DNA from: Octopus sinensis
Taxonomy: Eukaryota
Length of the DNA stretch: 64,000 nt
Direction of reading: 5' to 3'
Assembly: GCF_006345805.1 (NCBI RefSeq)
Contig: NC_042997.1
Span: 180,978,001 to 181,042,000, forward strand
Part shown: piece by piece, positions 40,858-54,225 of the stretch
How the letters are laid out: each line of letters starts with the position of its first letter
Numbering within the stretch: the first letter of the stretch is position 1
Made by a program: the position numbers and the translations under genes
Notes under the pieces: model-generated
The model's database searches: none
Seen by the model: the letters and a program-made list of their open reading frames with translations, nothing else
Told to the model about the DNA's origin: nothing

Positions 40858-43253
40858 TTAGGGAATATATCCAAATTACAGGGATAAAAAAAATCAGATT
40901 AGGATCTTTAAATCCAATTTTATAGTAAAATATTATAAATATATTTGAGACAAAACCACTATTTTGCAAAACAAACAAGGAAAGACTTAATCAATACATA
41001 AATTTAATAAATAGTCAAAAAAACCGCCACTACAATCGTTTCTTGTCTTGATCGACAATCTTCGGTGGACTTCCAATCAAAAATCAAAATTTAAAATATA
41101 AAAATAATACTTTTAATAATTAAAGTATAAATGAAAAAATATAAGTATATAATCCATATATAACCTATATAAATCCATATCGAAAATATAGACTAATTAC
41201 CACGAATTCCCTAAAAAAACCATGATAAAAACAAAACTCTTAAAAACATATAACGATAAAATCTCCCTTTGCTAAACTCTATAACAAACCTATAAAGTAA
41301 ACCCCTAACCTAAACATTCACACACAAATACACACACGTAAACCACAGACTCACGACTTAACACATACCTATACTAACTTATAAACCTCAATACACCAAA
41401 ACCCACTCCCTCCCACACAGACAAATTAACACATACATCCCAAAACCTAAATAACAAACCCATATACACATTCACACACAAAACACACACTCACACGCAA
41501 AACACTCACACACAAAAGATACATATACTCCCTCACATATACGCCTATACATACTCACTAAACTCGACATATAAACAATACTTACACACCCACAAAAAAC
41601 ATTATATACATTTATGAGCTTTTTAGGTTCCATTTATTATATTATCTCATTACTATGAATGACTTAATTTCTATGGCGCGTATTCGTTATGGCGCATAGT
41701 ATTCTTTTTTGTTACATTAGTTATTTCCATGGTAACGTAATTTTGTTTGGTTTTTAACGGCTAAAATCTAATTTCACTTCATAATTTGTAACTGAATTGT
41801 AAGTATGTATTTGATTTATCCTTATGTCATAATGTTATTTTTGATATTCTGGTTAATTACGATGTATTTATTGTTGTTTTCATAAGAGTGTTTATGTATA
41901 TGAGATTGGTTGTGAGTTTTTAATTGTATAATTAATTTATTTATCTGTATGAGTGTGGGTGTAAATATTGTTGTATATATCGAGTTTTAGTGAGTATGTA
42001 TATGCGTATATGTGAGGGAGCCTATGTATCTGTTGTGTATGTGTGTTTTGTGTGTGTGTGTGTTTTGTGTGTGAATGTGATTTGGGTTTGTTATTTAGGA
42101 TTTGGGATGTATGTGTTAATTTGTCTGTGTGGGGAGGGAGGGGTTTTTGGTGTATATTGAGGTTTATAAGTTAGTATAGGTTTGTGTATAAGTCTTGGGT
42201 CTGTGGGTTACGTGTGGGTTTTTTGTGTGAATGTTTAGGTTAGGGGGATTGCTATATAAGTTGTTATAGGGTTTAGCAAAGGGAGATTTATCGTATATGC
42301 TTTTATGAGTTTTGGTTTATCATGGTTTTTTTAGGTAATTTGTGGTATTTTGTCTATTTTAGGTGTTGGTTATTTTTTTTACAGTTTCATTCATAATTTT
42401 GAGTGGTGTTCGTTTTGCCACGTGAATAACCGGGTGGTGGACTAGCGTTGCTTGGAATGTGAATGGAATAGGGTAGTAGTGAGGTAGGCATAGAGAATGG
42501 GATTGGGTTACTGCAAGTTGTTTGTTAGAGATGCTAAGGTGAGTTAAGCTCATAAATGTATATAATGTTTTTTTGTGGGTGTGTAAGTATGTTGTATATG
42601 TCGAGTTTAGTGAGTATGTATAGGCGTATATGTGAGGGAGTATATGTATCTTTTGTGTGTGAGTGTTTTGCGCGTGTGAGTGTGTGTTTGTTTTGGGTGT
42701 GAATGTGTATATGGGTTTGTTATTAGGTTTTGGGATGTATATGTGTTAATTGTCTGTGTGGGGAGGGAGTGGGTTTTGGTGTATATTGAGGTTTATAGTT
42801 AGTATAGGTATGTGTATAAGTCGTGAGTCTGTGTGTTTAGTGTGTGGTATTGTGTGTGAATGTTTAGGTTAGGGGGTTTACTTTATAGGTTGTTATAGAG
42901 TTTAGCAAAGGGAGATTTTAATCGTTATATGGTTTTAAGAGTTTTGTTTTATCATGGTTTTTTTAGGGAATTCGTGGGTAATTAGTCTATATTTTCGATA
43001 TGGATTATATATAGGTTATATATGGATTATATACTTATATTTTTTCATTTATACTTTAATTATTTAAAAAAGTATTATTTTTATATTTTAAAATTTTGAT
43101 TTTTTAGATTGGAAGTCCACCTGAAGATTGTCGATCAAGACAAGAAACGATGTAGTGGCGGTTTTTTTTTTGACTATTTATTAAATTTTATGTATTGATT
43201 AAGTCTTTCCTTGTTGTTTTGCAAAATAGTGGTTTTGTCTCAAATAATATTTA
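40858..43253. mobile_element. non-coding Penelope-type element with ~690-bp inverted arms and an internal extra copy
   Basis: 40935-41622 is the reverse complement of 42546-43253; divergent direct copy ~41955-42357; hammerhead in each arm; inserted in (TA)n. Confidence 0.8.
43117..43158 (+). ncRNA. minimal type I hammerhead ribozyme (mirror copy 41027-41068 minus, missing one core base)
   Basis: ccac-CTGAAGA-ttgtc(gatcaa)gacaa-GAAAC-gat-GTA-gtgg. Confidence 0.8.
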
Positions 43254-43343
43254 TATATATATATATATATATATAATTATATATGTATATATGAATATAC
43301 ATATATGTATCTCTGTCTGTCTGTCTCTCTCTCTTCTCTCTCG

Positions 43344-43401
<58 letters not shown>

Positions 43402-44561
43402 TATGTATATACATACATATATAAATGCAAATATATACACATGTGTATGTTTGTATGCATGCCACAATGATGGCATTGTTTCCAACTTAAGCTCAAATTC
43501 GGTCATGTCTGTATACAAACTTATTTTAGGTTGAAATCAAGCAACCGGAAATATAATTATTGGTTGCTTCACAATTTCTATCTTCTACTGTTACTTTTTC
43601 CATTTACCTTCCTAAAATGCTATTTTGTGAGCGGAAAACTGGAGTATTCTGGCTTCAGATTCTACTTCTATGCTTTTCAGAACTTTAGCGGCCCACATTG
43701 TGGCTATTTGCTTTTAATACCCATTTTAGTTCAACAAGTGATGGTCGGATTCATTTAGTTTTAGTTGGACCGTCGACCCCTTTTATCGTGATGGACTAGC
43801 CTAGTGTCTGTTCATCAGCTATAAAATGGGAAGTTTTGGCATGCTAAATTCCTAGGGAGGGGAGTTTTGCTACGTGCGACCTGGGACCTTGATGTGACAA
43901 CAGTTTTGATTTCACTTAGCAGTTTTCAGCTTGAACTGAATTCAAATCAGAATCCTTAACGTTATGCTTCGTGTCTTACCAACATTTGAACAGAATTATC
44001 AGAATTTTTGTGATACTGCACTTCAGATTTTTCTATTTTATCTTAATTTTTATGAGTATTTGACACTATACAATGTATTGACAATTATTAACGTCCTACC
44101 AGTTTGCTGTATCAAATTTTAGCATTAGTAATAAATATTTACGTGCGGTCAGTTGCAACTTGTCATCGAATTTGTTATTTATTATCTATTCTGACGTCTT
44201 TTAACAGAGGCCATAATATATCAGACTTTACGCCGCAATTCATACAACCACAGTCATACTTATTGCTAAAGACTTATTGCGAATTGGTCATGATTGGTCG
44301 TTTTTTAATCCACTTCATACATGGCTTTTGTAAATTAGTCTAGTTTTTTTTAGTTTCTGTTCTTTCTGTATCCGTTTCAGTGTTGTATGTTATTTCATGT
44401 TATATGATTTATATTTGTTGACCTTAATAAGAAAATAGTTTTTCTCTGTTTCTTTGTCTTTCTTATGTTATTGCAATTTTGTTGCTTAATTGGACACTCA
44501 TTAAGAGAATCTATGATCATAGGCATAGCATCTTTTGATCATAGATTGAGTATAGTCATCT

Positions 44562-44941
44562 GTGGAAGCACTCCGTCGGTTACGACGACGAGGGTTCCGG
44601 TTGATCCGATCAACGGAACAGCCTGCTCGTGAAATTAACGTGTAAGTGGCTGAGCACTCCACAGACACGTGTACCCTTAACGTAGTTCTCGGGGATATTC
44701 AGCGTGACACAGAAAGTGACAAGGCCGGCCCTTTGAAATACAGGTACAACAGAAACAGGAAGTAAGAGTGAGAGAAAGTTGTGGTGAAAGAGTACAGCAG
44801 GGATCACCATCATCCCTGCCGGAGCCTCGTGGAGCTTTAGGTGTTTTTCGCTCAATAAACACTCACAACGCCCGGTCTGGGAATCGAAACAGTGGAGGCG
44901 CAATGGCCCAGTGCTTAGGGCAGCGGACTCGCGGTCGTAGG
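44562..44941 (-). mobile_element. tRNA-derived SINE with inverted 5' head and 10-bp target-site duplication
   Basis: body on minus 44562-44890, head on plus ~44892-44941, atagtcatct at 44552 and 44942. Confidence 0.85.
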
Positions 44942-45254
44942 ATAGTCATCTAGGACTACATTAACCAGTATGTTCTTCCGAGTTTAAGACGAATTCCCCG
45001 TTGTTATTTCTAGCAACTCGATCAAAACCAGAGAAGCTCTGATTGAATCATTTTCTCATAGTATACAGATACAGATGCCAGGCTCTTATTTTTGACTATT
45101 CTTGAACGTAGACCTCAGTTTCGTCAAAATGATTAGCTGTGAAAATACAGAAAGAGATGACAATCCCTTCCCGCCCAGGAATGTCCACAATTACCGTAGC
45201 CTTTTCAAAGAGCGATGGAAAAAGTTGAACTTTCTGAGCTGAGTCTCAATTGCC

Positions 45255-45455
45255 AGCTGACCATATCATTAGCACACCGGACGAAATGCTTACCGACATT
45301 TCATGTCTTTTCGCTTTGAGTTCAAATTCCGCCGAGGTCAACTTTGCCTCTCTTCCTTTCACGGAAGATAAAATATTCATCAACTGAAGACTGGCGTCTA
45401 TGTAATCGATTTTCCATCTCTCCAAAAGTTCTAGCTTTTGGACCTATAATAGAAA
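45255..45455 (+). mobile_element. degenerate Meta-core SINE
   Basis: gagttcaaattccgccgaggtcaactttgcc. Confidence 0.75.
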
Positions 45456-45461
45456 TGATTA

Positions 45462-46350
45462 TTATTACCTCAAGGCGGAGAAATGTTTTCAGCCGTGTTT
45501 GTTTGTCTGTAAACAAGATATCTCAAGAACCCCTGGATAGATTCTGATGAAACTATCAAGGATATCTGGCCTCGTGACTGGTACGAACTAGTTAGATTTT
45601 AGGATCAATCCGGTGCCGGACAAGGATTCTGGATTATTTGTTATATTTACTTTACATGATTACGCTCATTCGTTGACTTCAGGTCTTTCTCAGTTATCTC
45701 CCTTTAGGCTGTTTTCAAAGTTTTTTTTTCGTCTCTTTATTATTAATTTTACTATCTTAGTAGAAACTGATGGGTAAAGAAATCAAACTACATAAACAAA
45801 CGACAGCAAAACCGTTCAGAAATTAAATAACACTAACATATATTTATAATATATATAATATATATTATACATACATATTAACACTTTACAGTATACTTAC
45901 ATACATCTATATATATACATACATGTATACAACTGGAATGCTAAAGGAAGGCCAGAATTTAAGAGAAGAGAAAATCAAAAGGCCTCATGCTATTCATTTA
46001 AAAATTCATGAGTAGAACTTATTTCCTCCGTCTTTGAAACTATTTTGAATAGTGAATTTGTTAACTTTGGCTTGTATTAGAGAAGGATAAAATTATTATT
46101 AGTGTTACTAAATTTTCTACAGCCTCCTTCATATTCCATGACTACCATTGGGATCGATTAGGACCGGACAAGGATTCTGGGTTATTTTCCGTTTTTTTTT
46201 TTTCACTTAATTTTTGAGAGCGGTCGGGTTCAGTTTTTAGTATTCTCGTTTATTTCAAATGTTCTCATTTTAAAAACCATATCCTGCTAATCGTTGAGAG
46301 GGCATTTGTGCTGCCTTGGCGGTTTCTTGTGCTCTCTGAGTACTCTTGTT
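45462..46350 (+). mobile_element. Helentron-associated (HINE-like) element, interrupted
   Basis: 5' ttattacctc..aaggcggag..(gttt)n, duplicated ccggacaaggattctgg, 3' ccttggcgg..gctctctgagt. Confidence 0.5.
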
Positions 46351-46369
46351 GTTATTATTATTATATCAA

Positions 46370-46830
46370 AATCTAAGAAAAGTGTGACATCTGCCATATC
46401 AAAAGCGTGCTGTTGATATGTTGGTGCAGATAGGCAGGACATGTTGTTCGATTGCATAATGATCACATACTGAAATTTCTTTTTTGAATAGCCAACAGTT
46501 AGAAGGATTCCGAGTTAAAGGAAGATCCCTGTCAAGTTATAAGAAGAGGCTGAAAGAAAAACGTTAAAATCACTATCGCTTAATTTAACACCTTGACAAA
46601 GTTATTATCTAGACTGATGTGAGTGGCGTAAAATGTGTCATAAAGCATCTAAATTTGAGTTGAAGAAACAGAACAATAAAATAATTATATCCTGCAATCA
46701 AGCAATCAACAGACACATTTGTATAATCCCAAGCAAACTCAAAAATTATCATTGTCCCCATTGTAACTTCATACCAAAATGTTTAAATGGACTCAAATTA
46801 CATTCACAGATCCATCGCGAACAAATACAT
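46370..46830 (+). mobile_element. RTE-clade LINE 3' remnant with terminal C2H2-like finger
   Basis: AGHVVRLHNDHILK, KGRSLSSYKKRLKE, WRKMCH, CPHCNFIPKCLNGLKLHSQIH. Confidence 0.65.
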
Positions 46831-46928
46831 CTCTTTTTTTTAGTCCTTTCTTTTTCTTATCTTTTTCTAAAACTCATACATGAAATCAATGGGAGTGTGT
46901 ATCATCATCAATACTATATTATTGTTAA

Positions 46929-46968
<40 letters not shown>

Positions 46969-47466
46969 GAGTGAGAGAGCAGTTCATGCCATGAAAGTGA
47001 CACTGGGGTAAAATATACGAAGCCCAATATACCCATCATGACTACCCGTCTGATAAGGGTACACCAGGCACATGCATCACAACCATATGTGCGCGACATG
47101 GTGATCTCATATCAAGATAAACAGCACATGACCTTGCAGGTGGGGCCCAGTTAGAATTTTCTTCAGGTTGAGTAGCCCATCCCGCTCAAAAGGTCCCTGA
47201 ATAAGGGTTGTCTAAGGATATTGAAAGAACCACCCATGTTTCCAGAGGTGAATTATTCAAACCCCAAAGAATCCCTCTCAACACATGGCTATGATGCTCC
47301 CCCACTACTTCTGCTCGTGATCAGATATGCACATGTCGTCAGCCACTAAGGGACATGCTCAACTGGTTAAGGTCAAACAACTGACAAGCAAATCTGTGGT
47401 ATTGAGCAGAATATTTGCTGTAGCCCATCTTTTTATACCAAGACAAAACAATGTACATGATAACAC
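46969..47466. mobile_element. interspersed repeat inserted in (ATT)n, family unclear
   Basis: GC-richer ~500-bp block bounded by (ATT)n on both sides, no ORF. Confidence 0.5.
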
Positions 47467-47529
<63 letters not shown>

Positions 47530-47539
47530 TTTATAGTTT

Positions 47540-47805
47540 CTTTTAATTATAACTTTACTTCAGCTGCCTTATTACCGGGCATCTTCAGGAAGCCAAGAGT
47601 AACAAAGACATTTTTGTTTTGCTATGGATGCAAAAATTAAATCCACATTTATTCCATTTTCGATGGAGAGAGCTTTCCATAGTATGTGGCCTTGCCCATC
47701 AAGGTTATCTTTTGTACTTCACGGAGATTGGAGTTACCAGGAATTTGCTTAATATACTTCTCAGCCCCATTATTTTTATCATTCCCAATGCACCAATTAT
47801 ACTTC
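47540..47805 (-). mobile_element. R4/Dong LINE extreme 3' fragment
   Basis: GAEKYIKQIPGNSNLREVQKITLMG parallels the end of the 5215-8290 ORF. Confidence 0.65.
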
Positions 47806-47988
47806 TGGGCGAGATGCTTAGTGGTATTTCGCCCGTTGGTACGTTCTGAGTTCAAATCCCACTGAGGTCAACTTTACCCATCGTTCTTTCGGGGTAGATA
47901 AAATAAATACCAGTTAAAAACTGGTGTTGATGTAATCGACTTCTCCCCTTCCTTGAAATTGCTGTCCCTGTGGTAAAATTTGAAACCA
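47800..47988 (+). mobile_element. Meta-core SINE
   Basis: gttctgagttcaaatcccactgaggtcaacttt...ggggtagataaaataaataccag. Confidence 0.75.
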
Positions 47989-48004
47989 TTTTCATTAATA
48001 TTGT

Positions 48005-49365
48005 CATTGCTTTTAAACAGCTTCTAACGCTGGAGATGTACTTCAGTGTCAGCTGTTCACTACCAGTGAACTAAGGTAACACCTCCTCTTTTTCAAGCAC
48101 CTTTTGGAGTATTCGAACGGTTCCAAGCAGTGCTGTTTTCTACAAGTGCTACACCCTTCATTATTGCAGCCCCTATTTGTTCCACGTATTTCTCGAGATT
48201 TTTTCTCACTGCACCCAGGGCTCGAGAATTATTGGTACTACTGCTACCTTTTTCATCGACCATAACTGCTTAACTTCCCAAGCTAACCTGTCATATCTCT
48301 CGAATTTTCTTTCTTCCTTATCGCATACCATGTCAGTTGGGCATGCTATATCTATGATCCAGCGTAGTTTGTTTTCTTTCTCAATTAAGACTATGCCCGG
48401 CTTCCTATTCTCTATCTCATGGTCGCACTGAATCATAAAATCCCACAGGATATTTGCATTTCTATATTCGACGATGCCGTCAGGTTTGTGGTCGTACCAA
48501 TTTTTTGCTCTCTCAAGGACATAATTGTTGAAAAGTATCCAATGGACAAGCCAGACTATATTGTCGTGGCGTCTCTTATATTCCTTCTGGGCAAGTGGCA
48601 TACATTGGCTGGCAATATGCCATGCGGTTTCACCGTTTTGTCCACAGATTCTGCACTTATCACTTTCTGCTATGTTGTCTATTCTGTATTTTATGTAGTT
48701 TGTTCTTAGCGCTTGCTCTTGGACAGCACAGAATAGAGTCTCAGTTTCCGGTTTTAAATCACTTTTAGTCATCCACAGTCATCTTTTTTCTCTCTCTGTG
48801 TTATCTTCAACATCCCTTTGAAATTGTCCATGCATTCTTTTCTTTACCCACCTATTTTCAGTTTCATTCGTTTTCAATTTCTTGTATAATGCTTTATCTT
48901 TGCAATCTTTCATACTACACAAGCCTGACCTTCCTACTTCTAATAGTAGCGCTTCTGTGGAATTTTTTACATACCATGTTGTTTTCTTCTGCTCTCATGC
49001 TGTGTTCGCATCCAATAAGTCCTCTTCCCCCTCTTTTTCTTGGTACATACAGTCTGTCTGTGCCACTTTTTAGGTGGAGTGATCCATATCTAGTTAGCAA
49101 ATTACTTGTCATTTTTTCTAAGCTGTTTAGTTCGTCTACTGTTCATGGATAACCCCTGCTCCATATCTAAGGAGTGAAACCGCCCAGGTGTTGATAGCTT
49201 CGATCTTATTCCGTCCGTTTAATTTCGACTTAAGGACCAGTCTCAGTCTGCGCAAGTACTTAACTTTTTCTGTCATTTCTTTCTACATCCATTTATCCAA
49301 TTCCAAAAGCCCCAACTACTTATAGCCCGGCTCTTCTATCTGCTTCATTACCTCCCCCGACGCTA
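48005..49365 (-). mobile_element. 5'-truncated R4/Dong-clade LINE, second family
   Basis: RLYVPRKRGGRGL, LKPETE..EQALRTN, CRICGQNGETAWHIASQC, RRHDN, ILWDF, RKPGIV, IIDIACP. Confidence 0.9.
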
Positions 49366-49734
49366 TAAATCTCTTTATTAATGCTTGCAGACAGTTTTTC
49401 GAAATCAGTGACGGAAGTTACTAGAAAAACACTTAAGTATTTGCATACAGGCTTTCCCTTTCATCGTAAACCGGTGATTACCGCCCGTTGACAAGCGGCA
49501 ACAACCTCGAAACTGCGGTCCGTGCGTATCACTTAGGCTTACGAGAAAGGGATGGCCTCCCTTTGCATATACCATAAGGGCACAGATAGTGTGTCTAAAG
49601 CCAGCTGGAGACGATGATCTCCCGGGGCTAAAAGCTACAGTAACACCCACCCTTTGTGGTTAGCCATATTGAGATGGCTATTATACTTTACATTGTCGAG
49701 CGGTTACTGTTTATATCTCGTTCAGATATTTATT

Positions 49735-49735
49735 A

Positions 49736-49803
<68 letters not shown>

Positions 49804-49839
49804 CATTATTATTATCATCATCATCATCATCATCATCAA

Positions 49840-49872
<33 letters not shown>

Positions 49873-49886
49873 TATTATTATTATTA

Positions 49887-49933
<47 letters not shown>
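49735..49933. repeat. (ATT)n(ATC)n(ATT)n microsatellite
   Basis: directly visible. Confidence 0.95.
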
Positions 49934-49939
49934 GCGAGC

Positions 49940-50145
49940 ACTGCGAGGTGGCAGAATAATTAGCACGCCTCACAAAATAATTAATGGAAATTTATCCTTC
50001 TTAAGGTGTTGAGTTCAAATTCCGCTAAGGTCGACTTTGTGTTTTATCTCTTTGAGATCGATAAATAAGTAATAGTCAAGTACTGTGATCGATGTTGTCA
50101 GCTATTCCCCAATCCAAAATTTCAGACCTTGTGTCAATATTAGAA
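49940..50145 (+). mobile_element. degenerate Meta-core SINE
   Basis: gagttcaaattccgctaaggtcgactttg. Confidence 0.7.
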
Positions 50146-51494
50146 AGGATTATTATTTTATTGCCATCATTTTCATCGACGTCGTCGTCGTCGTCGTCAT
50201 CATCATCATCACCGTCTTCATCGTCGTCCTGATCATCAGTAATACCATAATTTATAATTGTTCTCGCAAGAGATTCAATATATTCATTTGATCTGCACAT
50301 GTTTTTAATAATACCAAAAACAAAATTGTGTAAAAATTACATGCTGCAAGTATTTAGAGATTGAATAACATGCATTTTGCATTCGCCAGAAAGGTCGGCT
50401 TTGATGAGTCTTTTCCTTTTAATATTCTTCTCTCTATGTAAAGAGAAAAATGATAGCTTCTCGTTAATTTAGTAGAAAGCCTACTCGTAATTGTGTCTTG
50501 TTGCAGTGAAAATAGACGAACAACGTAGAACTGTTGCATTACATGAACAAGAGTAATGCTCACAATATTATCTGCAATTGTAGTAGAAATCGCTGTTGCA
50601 ATTGCAAGAATGTTATTTCCGTTGATGTATAATCAACGGATGTAGTAAAAAAAAATAGAAAACGTTGATGAATAATAACATCGATGTAGCAGCGTTATGT
50701 AAACGAAGTAAAACTATCTCTATTAAAGATACCAGAAGCAATAAATACGTTACATGTGTTTTTCAGAAGAAATACGTTAGTAATATAAGCTCTGAAACTT
50801 CTGGGTTCTATTGAGTAGATTTATCAACTAGAGTGTGCTGAGAGGTAAATACTTCCTCAGCTCATTCGGTGAGAGAATATACTAAAAGTTCATTGAAATA
50901 TGTTGATGACATCAACACCTTTACCGAAACTCTGAGTGACGCTATTAAAAGTTGTTAGTTTTTTCATCATTTTTAGGCTAATTCAAGATTGAGGGAAGAA
51001 CATATTTCTATGGTTTGAAGCAACAGAATTATCTTCTTCAATGATTATACTCTGTATCAATAATTTCCCGTTATTTACCGATACAGAAAGCATCCATTGT
51101 TCACAGTACTCATAGTACCTACTTCCTCCTTTGATCCCTAAGCTAGGTAATCGTAAAATTTCATAACTCATTTGAATTTATGTAGCTCTGACGAATTATA
51201 CCCAAACCCAGTTCACATGCAGCCCCCAGACATTAGCTTGATTATTTTCCCCATTCCTGAAGTTTAAATAAATTAAATTTGCTCACGTTTTTCTTGTTTT
51301 AGTATAGGTTGACCATACCTACACTATGTTTCATTAAATCTTTGAATCATTACTTAATGCTGGAATATGCAGTGTGATTTTTAGCTGGTTTGACACACAA
51401 TATGAAAGAAAAATATATCGCTTATTTGACTCTCCACTTATATGCTTGACCACTTGTGGGGTCTGAGCTAGCGCAGGATTAAACAGCAATATCT

Positions 51495-51680
51495 TTTCCT
51501 TTGCTACCCACAAGGGGCTAAACACAGACGGGACAAACAAGGACAGACAAACGGATTAAGTCGATTATATCGACCTCAGTGCATAACTGGTACTTATTTA
51601 ATCGGCCCCGAAAAGATGAAAGGCAAAGTTGACCTCGGCGGAATTTGAACTCAGAACGTAGCGGCAGACGAAATACCGCA
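51495..51680 (-). mobile_element. Meta-core SINE, head truncated
   Basis: reverse complement of ~11205-11391. Confidence 0.85.
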
Positions 51681-52046
51681 AGATTAAGCAGCAATATCAT
51701 ACACGGTTAGATTAAGCATTTTTGTAGTTAAATCAATGGTTTAAGAAATTGATAAATCTTTACAATTTTAATTAAATATGGTTGCAAAATGCGATGATTT
51801 ATATGGGGCAGATTAAAAAAAAACTAATATTCTGATCTAGGTTTACTAACCATTCTGCTATGTACATTTGTTCAAGTGATTACAAGTGGTTATGCCGAAA
51901 TCGAAGTGGAATAGCTACAAACGTAAGTAAGACTATAGTCGTAAACTCCGCTCACTATGAATACATCATATGCGGTAATTGTATTAAATGATGAAGAGTG
52001 AAAGAAATAGAGAACTCAGAAGAATGAAGCAGTACTATCTTCTAAT

Positions 52047-54100
52047 ATAGATTTTTGAGGACATTTTTTTCCGTACGTTTGTCATTCAATTTGATGAAAA
52101 AATTAGCGCCATAAAGTTAGTAGTTCAAATTCGTTTTTCGATCATTCAATTTCACACTTCGGCTAAAGAATTTAGCGTTTATATCATTCAAATTAAAATG
52201 CCCGTCGAGGGCATTCAAATTAGTCGGAATACGATGAAGCGTCTTTTCCAGCATTCAAATTTGTTTCGAGGCAAACTGTTTAATACTTCGAGTAATCAAG
52301 TTAGCACGATAGCTGTTTTGGTTTTATCTCATGAATATTGTTTCCATAATCATGTGTTTTCAACCATTATTTATGTTTTAAGCACTCTATCCTGCCCATG
52401 TCTTTTCTATATATTCTTTTATGTTTGCATAGGCAGATGTATTTATTTTTAAAGAGTTCATGAAATTGCGTTCCAGCCTTTTCAATCTTTTTTAAGAAAC
52501 TCACTATTACAACAAATGCTCATTTTCTTTGATTTTGAATACATATGATGCGTGTTCTTCCCTGCATAATATGTCTTGTTGAGAAGAGTAGATATTTCTT
52601 TGATTTTATAATTTTCTTTCAAGGTAAGCTTCTTTGTACACTAAGATAATTATTGATTTACAGTCTTGATAAGGAGAATTCGTTTGAAAGGATTTAGCCG
52701 TCTATTTCCTGGTGGTCGAGGCATCTCGGGAAGTAGGTCTGGTTGTCAATACCAACGAACACGCCTCGTGACCTGTTGTATGACATGTGCTGGCCAATCC
52801 TCCATTGTCGTGCTGGCTTCTTCTGCAGCTGACCGATCGACAACTCAGCTCGAGCGAGGTCCAGCTTGACAGCCGTCTTAAAGGTACAATGCGCCATTTC
52901 CGTACAATTAAGAAACGACGACTAAGGAGGTAGGAATTTCAGACTGATCCGTGGGTCGGCGTCAGCTAGGAGCTCGGCACGAACGTGTGGGCTTTCGCTG
53001 TCGTAGATCAAGTCGACGGATTCATCCGCTGGGAACATGTTGGCACATACTCGAAATATTCCCGCCAAGAACTCTTCGAAAGAGTTTCGCCTAACGGTAT
53101 CGTTCACAATGGAGTGGTGAACCAGGCCGAATTCTCACAACTCCGCGAAAGTGACGTTGCAGTTTTCCCCACGCTGACAGTTGACAACTCGGTGAACAGG
53201 AAGGCCTCTAGGGGCTCGTCTAAAAGACCACCTGGTCCAAATGAAGTACCCACATTCATCACTAAATACGCAGTGGTCGACGACTCCCTCTTTCATGAAG
53301 CAATTTGCGTACCTATAACGCTTTTCCAGAGTTCTTGGGGCATTTCTTCCAACTGGGAGTCTTCGGTCAGCTTTATAGTTATCAACATTCCAATGCTGCA
53401 TCTGTTGAAAGGTTGCGAATGGGTTGGCATCAGTAATCACCTGAAACCTGGCTCGCATTTCCTCATCACCCTTAACGTGGTGAGCAGCTCTTCTGGGCAA
53501 CTTGTGGTGCCTCCCAGACCGTAGGTAGGTCGCTACTATGGACCGGGCAGTATTCCTTTTAATGCCAAGTATGTCTGCCAGTTACAGGTAATCGGTCTGA
53601 TGCCACTCGAAGCATCAACCAGCCTTGCCCTATCTTAGTCCGATAAACGCTTGTAACTTACGCTTGGCTCTATGATTGTAAGAGACGGGTATATAAAATA
53701 CAACTGCTATTGATCGGTTACGAATGTAGCAATGAAAAAGAATTTGCATGACATAACATGTCATTTAAATTTCTCATTTTTAACATTCGCTTCCTAGAAT
53801 GTGAGTCAAAACGCATATATAAAATTGGTGCGAAATTCCGAATTCGAATGCTCACATGAGAATTTGAATGCTCGAAAAGACGCTTCCTCGCATTCCGAAT
53901 AATTTGAATGCTCTCGACTGGCTTTTTAATTTGAATGATATAAGTGCTAAATTCTTTGATCGACGTGCAAAACTGAATGATCGAGGAACGAATTTGATTG
54001 ATTAATGTCGTTAATTTTTTTTTGTTTTTTTTCTGTCTTTGAATGACCCGATTATCAAATTGAATGATAAACCTACGAAAACAACTGCAAAAACCTCTAT
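52047..54100 (-). mobile_element. IS630/Tc1-like DNA transposon with ~215-240-bp TIRs, defective transposase at ~52690-53670
   Basis: TIRs ~52047-52262 and ~53861-54100 with repeated cattcaaatt; VFSDECGYFIWTR, QRGENCNV, LIYDSESPH, LKFLPP*SSFLNCTE. Confidence 0.85.
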
Positions 54101-54225
54101 TTAAGTAATATTATCGTTTTTTCATATAGTTCTCCGGTACATCTCACGCGTCACCCCTCTTGGAAACATAAAATAAATCCGCAAAGTATGTTAATGATAA
54201 AAAATCCCTTTCCCTACTGCTATAA

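Noticed and set aside
46633-46974. host C2H2 zinc-finger gene exon
   Set aside because: single finger directly downstream of decayed RTE C-terminal motifs; typical RTE terminus
47100-47220. HDV-like ribozyme of an R4 5' UTR
   Set aside because: could not assemble the P1/P2/P3 nested pseudoknot by eye
52985-53524. 179-aa plus-strand ORF as a gene
   Set aside because: antisense to the Tc1-like transposase remnant
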